64,000 nt of DNA, taken from NCBI RefSeq assembly GCF_009914755.1, contig NC_060931.1; one strand, 5' to 3'. The DNA is from the human T2T-CHM13v2.0 reference genome, Homo sapiens. The notes below the pieces were generated by a model. That model saw only the letters and a list, made by a program, of their open reading frames with translations. It was not told where the DNA came from and did no database searches. Each line of letters starts with the position of its first letter. Positions within the stretch are counted from its first letter, which is position 1. Positions 1 to 13,495 of the stretch are shown here, in pieces. The position numbers and the translations under genes are program-made.

Positions 1-1085
1 GGTGTCTGGCTGTTACTTTCCACTGCTTGCTACATGACAGATATGAACTTAAAGTGTTCTAATAATAAAATCAACTTGGCTAGTGCAGGCTAAAATTTGG
101 GGCTTAGGATAAGCCCAATTCAAGGCAGTGTTTCTAAACTCTAAAGGCAATCTTGGTCATCAGCTGCTACTCTGTTTCCATTAGTATATGTGACCTCACT
201 AAAACCATCTATCTTCAAACTAGGTATAGACTTAGAGACAGTAAAACCAGGAACTTTTAACAAAAGGGTACCCTCCCCACCCCAATCAGTATTGTAGGTA
301 CCTGCCAATTTTGACAGCAACAAGTCAGGTCGGGTTGGGTAGTCCCTGAACAGAGCATGAATACATGTTATTTTTAGTTCTTAGAATACTATAATCATGT
401 CCAGGAGCTGAGTGAACCACTGACCTTTCCTAAAGAGTTAAATTTACTGAGGAAAATTAGGAAAAGAGGGAAGAGGGGTGAAATTTGAAGTACAGATAAG
501 GAAACTTAAGAGTCACTACATATCCTTGTTTGTCCCAGGGGGTATTCCAATCCAGAACTGTTCCTAACATGTCTAATAGTTATGATTAGTTGAAAAGCAG
601 CCAGGGTCATAGAAGTTGGCCTGGAAATGGTGCTATGCAAGCTATCCCAAGTATTTTCCATCATTTTATTTCTTTGCTCAGATTTTCTATATTTTTATTT
701 GTTTTAAGAGGATTTGTAATTGATTTTTGGTGTGTTTTATGACAGCTGCTTTAAAATCTTTGTCAGATATTCCAACATCTAATTTATCTTGTTATTATTG
801 GCACCAGTGGATTGTCTTTCCTCATTCAGATTGTAGCTTGTCTGGTTCTTGATGAATGATTTTCTGTTACATCCTGGACATTTTAGTTCTTATGTTAGGA
901 GACACTTGATCCTATTTACACCTTCTGTTTTAGCAGGCAGTTGTCCTGTTTAGGTTCTGCTTGTCAGGTCTGTCCTACTTTTATTGGCTTTAGTTCCAAT
1001 GAAAGTTTAGTTTTCTGAGCTCTTGCAATGTTATTCTGGTTGAATGGTTCTTCATTTTTCGCATGCTGTTGGGCTTACTGCTCAA

Positions 1086-1316
1086 TCAATGTTCTGGTGT
1101 CATCTGTGGAAGTGGAAGGTACTTCCTTGGGCTACCTACTGTCATTGGGCAACCTGGAGAGGGCCACTGAGGAACAGAGAAAAGCGAGGATATGCCATCT
1201 TGTTCCAGAATTGGGATCCAGCCCAGGTCATCAATCATCCCTCTAAGCGTTCTTGAGAGACTTGACTGCCAAATGAACAAGGATGTTGTCCAGAAAACAC
1301 TCAGGTAGAAGAACAT
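1086..1316 (-). pseudogene. Probable terminal relic exon MFFYLSVFWTTSLFIWQSSLSRTLRGMIDDLG..
   Basis: catctag acceptor; FYLSVFW..SLSRTLRG ~ DEDD TYLDAFW..SLLEALKG. Confidence 0.6.
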
Positions 1317-1386
1317 CTAGATGACAACTTTCAATAGAGTATTGTACTCCTTTTCTTAAAGTCAGCCTTCTATTTCTCAGTCTTAC

Positions 1387-1510
1387 CTTGTGCTTTCTGT
1401 AAGGCTCCAGCTTTGTGAAAACCCAGGCTCCATGGAGTTGGCCAGGAGGCCTGCTACCAGGGGATTGGGTAGAAATTCCAAGCAGTAACTCCACTGAGGC
1501 CTTAGAATTC
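1387..1510 (-). pseudogene. Candidate relic exon (124 nt, open)
   Basis: tgccag / AAG|gtaaga; a phase 2-0 reading links the neighbouring exons; no recognisable homology. Confidence 0.4.
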
Positions 1511-1619
1511 CTGGCACAGATAAGCTCTCTACTTTCTTCTCTTTGAAGAAAATGTTTATCCCATAGAGGAAATAGAGGGTGTTTTTTATTATTTACAAAA
1601 CATTTTATTCCAAGATTAC

Positions 1620-2086
1620 CTGTCTACACACCACTCAAAAACTACTTAGTATTCCCGATGCTTGTTCAAAGATCCTTCTATTCCCCAATTATATCTCAGC
1701 GTGATTTTTCTTCATTTTCTGGCCCTAATCCAGCACTTGACTCAATTGTGCTATTTCTGCCTTAGCTTTCTCAGTATGTCCTGGCATCTTTTTAGTGAGC
1801 GTGACTCCTTCTGTAGCTCCAGGTGTCTCAACATACTGCTCTAACAGCTTTGGCCAGGCAAGGTCCAAGTTGCTGATATAAGTTTACAGGTCCTCACACT
1901 AGTTCTGATTTCCTCTGCAGCAAGTCAAATAGTGCTGATACTTCAGATCTTACAGAAGTGGGGTAGTATAAATCTTGCTTCAAAATAAAATTTCTCGTAT
2001 ACTTCTGTCCCTGTTAATTCATGCTTATCCTTTATTCCTAGTGATAGGGCTTCTCAAAGACTTGGGTCCATAGCTTTGCGAGTACC
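1620..2086 (-). pseudogene. Relic exon with DEDD C-terminal domain copy 1 and the start of copy 2
   Basis: tttctttgtcag / CAG|gtaatc; phase-0 start fits the 3977 donor; YEKFYFEARFIL and IFEQASGILSS both ~ FERFNQANTILKS; ISNLDLAW ~ LTYLDAFW; KAKAEIAQLSQVL ~ RVRAEYCQHETAL. Confidence 0.75.
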
Positions 2087-2194
2087 CTGACAAAGAAACA
2101 GTAGGTGGAATGAGCAATTTATCTCATACGTCTTGGTTGATAGGCCTGTTGCAGAACTTCAGTAGTGATTGGCTAAGAAGCAGGCTAATTTTTT

Positions 2195-2330
2195 TTAAAA
2201 TTTCAATAGCTTCTGTGATACTAGCGGTTTTTGGTTACATGAATGAATTGTATAGTGGTGAAGTCTGGGCTTTTAGTCTACCCATCAACTTGAATAGTGT
2301 ACATGGTGCCCAACAGGTAATTTTTAAGAA
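2195..2330 (-). mobile_element. L1 3'-end fragment (older L1P/L1MA type)
   Basis: Minus strand reads ctaaaagcccagacttcaccactatacaattcattcatgtaaccaaaaacc, typical of an L1 3' UTR. Confidence 0.7.
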
Positions 2331-3976
2331 ACAGACATTGCAGCAGATATTTGTTGGTTCCATTGAGAGGTATTGGGACAATGAGAGAAAAAAAAAACAC
2401 ATCTTAATCTTTTCACCAGCTAATCCTGACATCAGATTTTGGGAGACTTTGTTATTGCTGTTCTTTGTTGAACAAATAACTCTTTAATTTACGTGCATCA
2501 GACTTATGTCACGATGACCTTTTGCTTCTTTATCCAATAAGGAATTTTGAGCACACTCTTTTCTACATGGCATTATAAGGCACACATATGCAATGTTTAT
2601 TTACTATGTTACATTTTCTAGTGATGCATTATTTTAGATTTTTATCTAACAATTATCATAAGGTGCAAAATGGAAGATCTTTAACAAAAAGTTATAAACA
2701 ACTACCATATGCCAGGGACTGTGTAAAATGCTGGAAATACAATGATGTTTTTTTGGAAATATGAATCTGGATCCCAGGAATTATGCAGTATAAAAAAAGA
2801 AAAAATACAGGCACACAGGATGAAACAGACAAAATATAGCATTATAAAGGCAACATCATAAATATGAACAGGAGTAGAGGTCCTACATAAGAACTGCTTT
2901 TAAGTCAGTGAAGACTCAAGACAGCAGGCGATATCTGAATTTTGTGTTGAGGATAAATAGGAATCAATCACATAGGAAGAGAGGGAAGACATTTCAGGCT
3001 TATTAAAGCCTATGCACCAAGTCACAGAGGTGTGGAAAAATAATACGAATTCAAAGCTACAAGTAACTAACTCTATGATGCTCAAGTACAAAGAAGAACA
3101 ATGAGATGAGGCCACCAAGTGCTTTGCATCCCATAAGAAGCTTGGATTTTAATGTTCTAAAAAATAGGAGACCTATAATAAATTTTAAGGTAGAAAGAGA
3201 TGACAAGATCAGACTTGCATTTTAGAAAAATCAGTGTGTATTACACATAATACTTAATACTTTTTAATAGTAAATTTAAATTTATGATCTTATTCAACCA
3301 TATTGCCTCTTCAAAGAGAAGAAGAGCTATAATGTTATATAAATCTAAGCATAAAAAATATCAGGCATCCCATACCTCTCAGACAAGGCTTTATGTAAGA
3401 ACAGCTGAGAGCTTCCTTCTGCCCTCATGAAACCATAAAGAGAAAATGTGTTATCTTAACAGGGAAAACTTTCTTTTACATTTTCTAGGAAGACTCACAG
3501 CCAAATGAAAACAGTATATTCCTGGAATGCCTTTAACTGTCTTGTCGTACCAGGACTTCTTGCTGAGAGAGTTCCTGCCCCCTGTAAACACAGAACATGC
3601 TTGTCTGTGCTTTTAACTTATATCCTGTATATGTCTTCCTGACAACTATCCATACAAGCGGCTTTCATTCCCTGTTTCCAGATGAGAATTGAACTCAATG
3701 CACATATTGAAAGGAAAGAAACCTAGGTTTTATATATGGAAATATCCACTCATGATTGGTGCCTTCTTATGGATACTTAATAGTACTGATATTTTTATGT
3801 TGCTTGATAAAAGATGATTGTCAAAAGAGATCCACACAGACAGTGGCGATAAGAGTGAAGCTGCACAGGTCCCTTTGTAGCAGTCAGTCTCTCTCCTACT
3901 CCCTGTCTCATCTCTTTCCCCTGCCACAAGGACCCAGAGAAGCAGGCAGGCTGGCAGTGTGATGACGGTATCTTAC

Positions 3977-4020
3977 CCTGGCTCTGAGGTTGACACAGAT
4001 TTCACAGGTCACTTCTATCA
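3977..4020 (-). pseudogene. Relic exon IEVTCEICVNLRAR (start of DEDD C-terminal domain copy 1)
   Basis: cttttgcag / AGG|gtaaga; 44 nt, phase 1-0; resembles DEDD/DEDD2 TCDIRLRVRAE. Confidence 0.7.
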
Positions 4021-5003
4021 CTGCAAAAGCACATTGGTCTGGAGTTTATGAAGAACATACAATTTCTGTTGGCATGTTAGGTACATTATATAAAATGCCC
4101 CGCATAAAGAAAGCAGTGTAGTTAAAAGCAAATGAAAGATAAAAAGAGTAACAACGTGGTTTCTCAGTATTTCATGGTACCGGTAGATATGACCTTCACA
4201 GACAAACCTAAATCTTTCTTATGTAACTGACATTTAGTCCGTTAGCCATTTTTAATAAAAGAGTAGAGAAGTTACTCTACTGCGGCTTTTGCTGGTACTT
4301 TTTATAGCCGTCGTGTGGTAGGAAGTAGGCCCCAAGTTCCCTTGGCAACAAGTAGAGTAGAAGCGATACACAGAAAACTGAGTCATCGGTGAATCATCTG
4401 AGGATTTCTGTTTCCAATCCTTGGAAATAATTTACCGATTGTTTTTTATTTGTGCAGTGTTTGCTGACTCTGAGTGGACACCTCAGAAACTGTAACATCT
4501 TTGGTCAATTTGGTCAATCGTTTAAGAAACATTCTGGATGCTCCAAGTAGACCTTAAGATTGATATCCAAACAAAACAAACCTCTGCTTGCTTTAAGATG
4601 ACACTCACTCCCCATCTGAGGAGGAACAGATAAGTGAGTCAAGGTATTGGCAATGGGGAAGTCCCCTTTCTACAAAGAAATCTGATGTCCCCAGAAAAAT
4701 GTTTCATGACATTGTCACATTTAAAATGTTAGTCACAACAAATTTTCAGACACCTAAAAAGAGAACAAATATGGTCTCATACATTTTCTCTCTCTCACTC
4801 TGTCTGAGACTTATGTTCATCAGTTACTCAATTCCCCCATTTTTTTTTTTACAAATACATCTCTTATATAATCCCTTTATCTCCACAATTGTTGCTTCTA
4901 CCTTATATCAAGGTTTACCATTTCATTTATCTAGGCTCAGATTGTCCTTTACTTCATTGCGTGTACAAGGAGAAAGAAAAAACCTCCCCTAAAAATGCTT
5001 TTT

Positions 5004-5325
5004 GGCCAGGTGCGGTAGCTCAAACATGTAATCCCAGCACTTTGGGAGGCTGAGGTGGGTGGATCACCTGAGGTCAGAAGCTTGAGACCAGCATGGCCAA
5101 CACGGCGAAACCCCATCTGTACTAAAAATGCAAAAATTAGCTGGGTGTAGTGTTGCACTCCTGTAATCCCAGCTACTCAGGAGGCTGAGACAGGAGAATC
5201 GCTTGAACCAGGATGTGGAGGTTGCAGTGAGCAGAGATCATGCCACTGCACTCCAGCCAAGGCAACAGAGTAAGACTCAGTCTTCAAATAAATAATTAAA
5301 TAAATAAATAAATAAATAAATAAAA
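5004..5325 (+). mobile_element. AluS
   Basis: Full dimer, (TAAA)n tail, aatgctttt target-site duplication. Confidence 0.95.
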
Positions 5326-5518
5326 TAATGCTTTTCATCTGCCACCAGGGACCTAATCAAAACTCTTTAATAGTTCAATGGCTTCTTGAGGACCATGACT
5401 TATTTATTATTGTATCTGCAGCACCCATCATGGTACCTGACCTACAGAATATGTTCAATATGTGTTTATTGAATGAATTATAATAATTGTGGTATTTTTG
5501 CTTATATGCACCCCCCTA

Positions 5519-5519
<1 letters not shown>

Positions 5520-5558
<39 letters not shown>
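5520..5558. repeat. (CA)n microsatellite
   Basis: Direct reading. Confidence 0.95.
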
Positions 5559-5561
<3 letters not shown>

Positions 5562-7218
5562 AAATCTAAAGCTTCTTGTGAGCAGAAGGCTTATCTTGTA
5601 AATTGTTGTATCCCTAGCTCCTCGAAGGGTGTCTGGTATGATACAAACATTCAATCATCATTTACTGAAATGGTGAATGAAATTCAAATGCTGGGCTTAT
5701 ACAAGTATATGGTATCCTCCCATACCTAGGTGAACTCGTTTCTCACCACTGCCTTCCTTCCTGTGAGGTGAGCCTTTGTACCATTCGAACTCCATGCAAC
5801 TATTCCTACCAATTGCCTCATATGAACTACCTCACACAAACCACTGCCTACTTAAATTCTATCCTCCTTTAAGGCCCAACTGAAGTCACATTCTGTTCAC
5901 AAATGAGACTTCTTGACTCCTTCAGCCCTCACAGATCTTCATGTCATCCAGACTCAGAGTACCTATGGCCTTTACTCAGATTTGTCCCTACAGACTCATT
6001 CTTCCATTGTTTGCCTCCTTTTAAATTCCTGGGTGATGTTATCTATTTCCTTCACTTTGGCATCTCTCACATGTTAATGCCACCACACTCCTTCATCTCG
6101 GGCCCTGATCTCAGAGCATCAAAACTCATTGTTTCGCAAGTCCTCAGGCTCAAAAATGTTAAGTGAGTTCATGTTTTTCGATTCTGAAGGTATGTTCATT
6201 GTATTGTTTTTGTCATAATGAGTCTTTTTGCCTTTAGCGTATATATCAAAATACTTGTGGATGAAACGATATGCTATCTCAAATTTATTTCAAAATAACG
6301 TGGGAGGAGATAAAATAAAGTGGGTATATTATTCTATCTCTTATTATATGTGCTTGAACTTTTTCATAAGTTTTTAAAAACTTTTGTTTTCCTCAATCAT
6401 CACCTTCCATCACTTTGAACCTGCTCTTCTTTTGCTTAAATGCATCACTGTCCCCTGCATCCCAACTTTCTGGGACACTCACCAGGGGAAAACAGAGATT
6501 GACATGTGAAGCTGAGTCAATTCAGTTGCTCATGACATAAGTGGTTGAGTAGAAGATACTGGTGCCAAGCCAAACATTTTTTTTTATTTTTTTGAAACAA
6601 AGGGACCATCTATATTTTTTAAAGAAAAATAAGAGAGCTGAGTTATCCTGCCACCCCACAATGTTTCCAACTTTGTGACTCTCTAAAAAGAAGACAAGAG
6701 AACATCCCAAATCCACGGTTCTGTTGTTTCCTTTTGTGAACCACCTTTCCCTTTTCTCATCTACTTAGAAACCATCTACTGAAGCTTTGAGATTCTGCTC
6801 AACCATCATCCTGTCTGTTGTATTCCTGAATCTCTGTCTCCCATAGGCAGAATCAAATACTTTTTCATTGAAATTCCTACAGGACATTATACCCACTTGC
6901 TTTTTTAGTACTCACTGTGGAATATAAGTTATTAGTTTACATGTGTTCGGCATTGTGCTGATGTGGATGGAGAACTAACTTAGGTCATCTCCCCAAAACT
7001 CTAACCTCTGAGTTTTCCTCTCCCTCCTTTCCTCTCCTTCATACCCCAATTAGCATAGTGTATTGGAAAAAGTGGATGTTCAATGAAAGTTTGAAATGAA
7101 TCAGACAGAATCTAATTTCTTCATATTTGTTGCTCCTTTTTTCTCCTAATATTCATACATCAAGTCTTCTTTCCTAATCTCCCCAACCCAAAAGGGCTCC
7201 TTCTTCTGAACTCACAAT

Positions 7219-7511
7219 TTTTTTTTTTTTTTGAGATAATGTCTTGCTCTCTTGCCCAGTGGGGAGTGCAGAGGCACAATCTCGGCTCACTGCGACATCC
7301 GCCTCCCAGTTCAAGCGATTCTTGTGCCTCAGACTCCTGAGTAGCTGGGATTACAGGCATGTGCTCTCAGACCCGGCTAATTTTTGTAATTTTAGTTGAA
7401 ACAGGGTTTTGCCATGTTGATTAGGTTGGTCTCGAACTCCCGCCTCAAGTGATCCGCCCACCTTGGCCTCCCAAAGTTCTGTGATTACAGCATGAGCCAC
7501 TGCGCCCAGCC
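7219..7511 (-). mobile_element. AluS
   Basis: Poly-T then reverse-complement Alu dimer. Confidence 0.95.
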
Positions 7512-8299
7512 CACAATTTTTTTTTCCCTTCATAGCACAAATGTCATAATCTGCTTTGATTTTGGTGTGATGTATCCCATCTCCTTTCTTGTCCAAGACT
7601 TTTGAGAACAGTGATCATGCCTTTTCCTCCTGCTACTTTCTATACTTCTTGAGTGCACTTGATAAATTTGTTGAATTGAATATTTGAGTGTAAAAGAAAT
7701 GAGGAGAATCTCTCTTTCTTATATGAGATCAGCAGTACCAAAGACTTGAAATCCAAGATCTCTCTAAATGATTTCATGAGCTCCATTATTCACTGAGGGA
7801 ATAAAGAGGTCTGTGTAGGCTACCACACTTGACAACATGAGTACTCATGCAGTTCTTTAAGGTTTTCAGAATTATGCAACAGACTTGAACCATTTCATTA
7901 CTTAATTCTCACAAAAACACAATAATTAAGGACTTGTATCTCCATTTTAGAGTTGAAGAAACAAGTTACATTAGTAGCAGTTTCAGAGACAGAGTTAAGA
8001 ATTTTATCCCAAGCCTTTTTGTGAATCCAACTCCATTGTCTCCTCACTCCTAGATGCCTGTGTATAAATGAGAATGGGCTTAGCCCGTCTAATACTTCTC
8101 ACCCATTACAGGTAATTTAAAGAAGCATTATAGCAAAGGGAGTTAGGAAAAATCTTCTGAAACCAGATTGTGTTCAAATTCTGGTTCTGCCTAGCTGTAC
8201 GACCCAGGACAAGCCAATAATCACTCTAAAGAGGGGGCAAAAAATTACTTCAATCGCCAGTACTCTGCACTATATGTAATGGTTTGCTTTTATTACTAC

Positions 8300-8554
8300 T
8301 TTGAATATTTTTTTAAAGAGTAGAGCATATGCAATATATTTTGTATAATGGGAAAGGAAGAAGTATTTAGTAGCTTTTTGAGATCAATTTTTGAGACTAG
8401 TTCTAAGATATTTATGGCATTCACATCTAAAATCCCTTTCATATTCTCTACAACCTTTCCAAACATACTTAGTTTGCAAAATCAGATTGGAAATTATACA
8501 GGAATAGTTTTTCTCATAGTATTTCAGTACTTTCAGTTCCATTCCAGCTGGAGT
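8300..8554 (-). pseudogene. Relic exon, DEDD-type death effector domain
   Basis: attttag acceptor; after a frameshift SMFGKVVENMKGILDVNAINILELVSKID ~ DEDD RMFDIVGTHLTHRDVRVLSFLFVDVID, and NTSSFPIIQNILHML ~ DESNFRQVLQLLRII. Confidence 0.7.
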
Positions 8555-11074
8555 CTAAAATATCATAGGATGCAGAAATGTAAAATTATGTGAAAACAAA
8601 ATAATCCAAATGTATTTTTTATCCATTTTCAAAAAACATGTTTTTAGTTCACATGTGGAATAAACATAAATTATGCTATTTATTTGATATTATTGGAATA
8701 TGAATTAATCATCTCAATAACTGGGCAACACACTGAGCACTATGCTGATGTCTGGTTGTGAAATAAAACTAGCAAAGTTATAAACATGGATATAGAATTT
8801 ATTTAATCATTGAGTCTATAAATATCTATCTCATATGAGAGGTGGTGCTATAGAAAAAGCACACCTTTTAAAAGTACTCCACATGGGGCTTATACCTCCT
8901 GGTATAAGGAGAAATAAAATAAGTGAGTAATCACATCCTTTATGATGGATGCTGTGGAAGGAATGCACAGAGTGATATGAGCTGCTAGACTGGGAAGCAG
9001 AAGGGTGACTTTACATAGGGCTAATTTGGAAAGCAGCAAGAGGGAGTGGAAAAGACGAGGCAGAGACAGAGGTCTTATGATGGTGACCCTTGAGGCCATT
9101 TCACAGAATTTGGTGACACTGTATTATGAAAAAATAAAGAAATATCAACCATAGAGAGATGAATTACCAACAGTATTGGGTTTTCTTTTTTCATTTTCAT
9201 GCTCACTCTACGTATATTTTTGTTCCTATCAGTAAAATTCTTCGTTTGGTTCAAATGTAGTTAAAATAGCTTAGACAAAGGTCAACATTGTCCAAGATTC
9301 ACGTGGTTGTATGTCCCTTTTTTTCCTTTTGGCATAAAAGTGCTACTCATATTAAAAATTTTTGAATAAATAACAGAAATTAAAAATAAAATAAAGGTCA
9401 CCCACAATCCCAAAACCTAAAAGTGAATGTTATTAATATGTTGGTCTATTCCTGAAGCAGGTTTGTTTCCAAAGTCCTGTTTGCGGTTATCTCACCTTTG
9501 TGAAATGAGGTTAAATAAAGCAGGCAGCAGATTCAGTTTAGAAAAAAGACAAGTGGCAGCAGAGGTCATACTGATACTCAGAGTTCAGATAGTAACAGGC
9601 ATGCTTTGGCTTAAAAGTTACAATTCATCAGCAAAAAATGTTGTGGTCAGAACAGTATTGCCAGAGAAGTGTTTTGATTTCAAATATTGCTAAATCTTAT
9701 CTCTCTGAGTAGTTGTGTCAATAAGAGATAAGGTCCTGCCTCACTTTGGAAGTAATAGCTTTAAGAGAAAGAGACCCTCAAGGAATGAGCCTTGTTCTGA
9801 TGGGCAGAGGCTCCCGTGATGGGTGGTGATGCTTTTGGCCCTGACAGGGTCCCAGCTGGGCCCCAGTCCATAACAAGGCCATGGCAGGGAATATTATTCA
9901 TTCATATCATTTGAGACCCAGTTTTTCATAACGATCAACATCATATTTCCTCTACCTTCTCTCTCTCCAACTCTCAGACTTAGAAGCCTATAGGTTATAA
10001 CCTGCTTTTTGAGGCAGTACTGAACTTACAGACCTTAGAACCACCCTCCACTAGACAGTGTGAGACTTGTGCTTCAGGGGCTCAGAACACACAACATGTT
10101 CGTCACTTCAACCCTAAGAACAAGCAAAGACATTGAAAACAAAGTACCAGCAGACGCCAAGTCTTTTAACAAGAGGAGTCTATCCATAGCCACTCAAATA
10201 AGAATACGCTGATTTGAAGAATCTTCTGCTGGGAACCGGGGATGGGAAATTAGAGGTAGAGATGATTAGACCACTCTTAACTGTTCTCTCATTTTTTCAT
10301 TTTACACAATAATGAGACTTTTCCCTTTTGCAGCTCCTAGTGTCAAAGAACTGATTAGACTGAATGATGAACATAGGCTAGGGGAAATTAAAGTACATTG
10401 ATTTTATCTCAGGAATCACTTGGAAATTATTTCTTCCAAGTATGTATGTATGTGTGTGTATATATATATCTTCAAAATTATATATAGTATATAATATATA
10501 ATCCAAGTATATATATGCATATATATGTACATATATATTCTATATATTTATCTATTAGTGTGGGTGTGCATTCATTATTGTAAATAACAATTCTGTATCT
10601 TTTTCATTAAACATAAGCATCTCTCCATGTCATAAATTAATCCCCAAAAACACCTTATTGAATGACTAATAATCTATCATCCAGATATATCATAGTTTGT
10701 TTAATAAAAAGTACCCTATTGCCGAACTTTCAGTTGGCTTTCAATGTTATAAATGATACTATAATGAACATCCTAGAATATTTATCTTTTTCTAGTCACT
10801 ATTGGTTTTTTAGATTAAAATCCTAAGATACAGATCCAGTATGATCAATCATTTGTAGATTTGTTAAGTTTCTTGACCTGTATTGTCAAATTGCTCTTCT
10901 CACTAAACCCAGCAGCATTAACGATCTTTTAAAAAATATTTACTGGCGTTACTTTTAATAAAATTTAAGGTATCAGTCAGAGTCACTTTTTATTTTCCTA
11001 TTTCTCTTTATTTCTATCTTCTTAGGAGGTAGGGAGACCAAAATAAGACTTGCAAAAAATTATTAACCACAGCT

Positions 11075-11077
<3 letters not shown>

Positions 11078-11125
<48 letters not shown>

Positions 11126-11138
11126 ACACACACACACA
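11078..11138. repeat. (CA)n microsatellite
   Basis: Direct reading. Confidence 0.95.
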
Positions 11139-11369
11139 TGAGCACGTAGTTAAAAAAAGGCACACAAGGTTGGTCTATGTGTTTATTTTTCAGAAACATT
11201 GTTTTCTTAGGACCATTCCAGTGACCTTGGTTAATACGGCTTTTGAATCCCGCATGGCCAACTTTGACTATTTTCAAGTAGAGAAATTCCTAGAACTTAT
11301 TTGGATACTAATACACTTGAAACAATATGAACCATGGGTTAACATTATGCATTTAAACTACGCAGAAGA

Positions 11370-11746
<377 letters not shown>

Positions 11747-13495
11747 TTAAACATTTAGATTTACAATCTACATTGTGCTTGTTTCATTTAACTATTTCTA
11801 AGTGAAAATAATTTATCCTTTGAAATATTTTAGAAACATTTCGTTTTACTAAAATATGTAATAAATTAAAACTTCATTTTGTGGGATTCAGCTGAACTGG
11901 TAAAACAAGTTCTTTTCTATAGCGGTCAAATCAGGCGCTGTTTTACTTCTAACAACATGTTATCTTTTTCATATTTGTCATTTCCTTTGTGGAAATTGTA
12001 AAAGAGATTGACCAACTTTTCCCCATAATGCTCATTTTCCTCACTACCTACCTATAATTTATCTATTTTTATACATCCTTCTTATTTAAAATTTAAATAT
12101 TACAAACAAGGCCACCGTACCTTTGACAATAATCCTAAATTCCAATCCCCCTTCACAGAGCCAATAATTGCTACCAGGTTAATGTGGATACTTCTACACT
12201 TTTTGTTCTATGAATTTGTAACAATCAATAGTTAACAATGAAAATATATAGTGTTGTTTTGTGTTCCTCTTTTATATAAATGGTATAATAATACACTTAC
12301 CGTGAGACCAGAAATCTAATTGTTTTTCCTTAACAGTGCCTTCTTTCTTTTAACTGCTGCATTATATCCTATATTGCATCATCTAGCAATCTCTCTATAC
12401 ATAGACATTTAATTCTCTTCCAGTTCTTGGCTGTTAGAAATAAGACGGTGCAATGAACAAGCTTGTACATGCCTCTTTTTGCACCTAAGCAAGTAGCTCT
12501 AAGCAAAAATAATGCAAATTAGAAATTCTGGGCCATAAGTTATGAATATTTGTATTTTAATAAATATTCTACAAAATTAATTTCAAAATGGTTGTACCAT
12601 TTTAGTTCGCGTCAGTTGATTATGAGAGTACCCATTTTCCAATACTTTAGAATAAACTCGATTTTGTTAAGTCTTTTATTTTTTTCTAATTTAAACAGTT
12701 GAAAACAAGTGATGCTGGACATCTTTGAATACGTTTATTGGTCAATTATATTTACTCTTTTGTAAATGGCTGTTTTATTTTCTTTGCTTTTTTTTATCTC
12801 ATTGTATGTGTATTTTTATTTCTCTCTGGAAGGTCACGTGTATTCTGGCTACTAATCCTTTGTCTATTATATATGTTGTAAAATTTTCTTCTACTGGTTT
12901 AAAAAATTTTGTTATGTTTTACTATCATGAGTTTTAAATTTTGATGAACTTGAACTGCTTAATTTATTATTCTGTGTCTTTCTATTTTTTTAATTAAAAT
13001 ACCTTCTTAAACTTAACATCAAAAAGACATTGCAATATAGTATAATACTTTTATGGCATTATATTTATGCTTAGATGATAACTATCTGAAATTTGTTTTT
13101 ATGAATAAGAACTATGTATTTCTAAATAAGTAGATAATTCTTCCAAGAACTTACATTAAGTAATATACTTTACCCATTTAAAATGCCACTTTTATCATTG
13201 AGTAAATAATCATATATATTTTAGTTCATTCTTAGATTCCTAGCCCACTCCTTTGATCTAGTTTTCAATTCCTGTCCCAGCACTACATTATTTTGATTAG
13301 TATAATTCTATAACATGTTTGATACATATTAGGCATATTTTTAGTTTTCTCCTATAGATTTATTTTTATTATTTTTACATATTCTCTCTTCTTTATGGAT
13401 TTTAGAATAAGTTTTACATTTCCATAACACATCCTCTTAGTTCGTGTTAGTACTGTACTAAGTTCATAGACTATTTTGTAGAGAACAGACATCTT

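Noticed and set aside
2110-2487. 125-aa plus-strand ORF (likewise 63240-63614 and 28764-29093)
   Set aside because: Overlaps an L1 fragment or is an antisense shadow of relic exons; no plus-strand gene structure
1620-2560. Initially read as a processed pseudogene
   Set aside because: No poly-A or TSD; it has splice sites and phase continuity with 3977-4020, so it is part of the intron-containing fossil
10030-11290. Several splice-site-bounded segments on either strand
   Set aside because: Strand ambiguous and no recognisable homology
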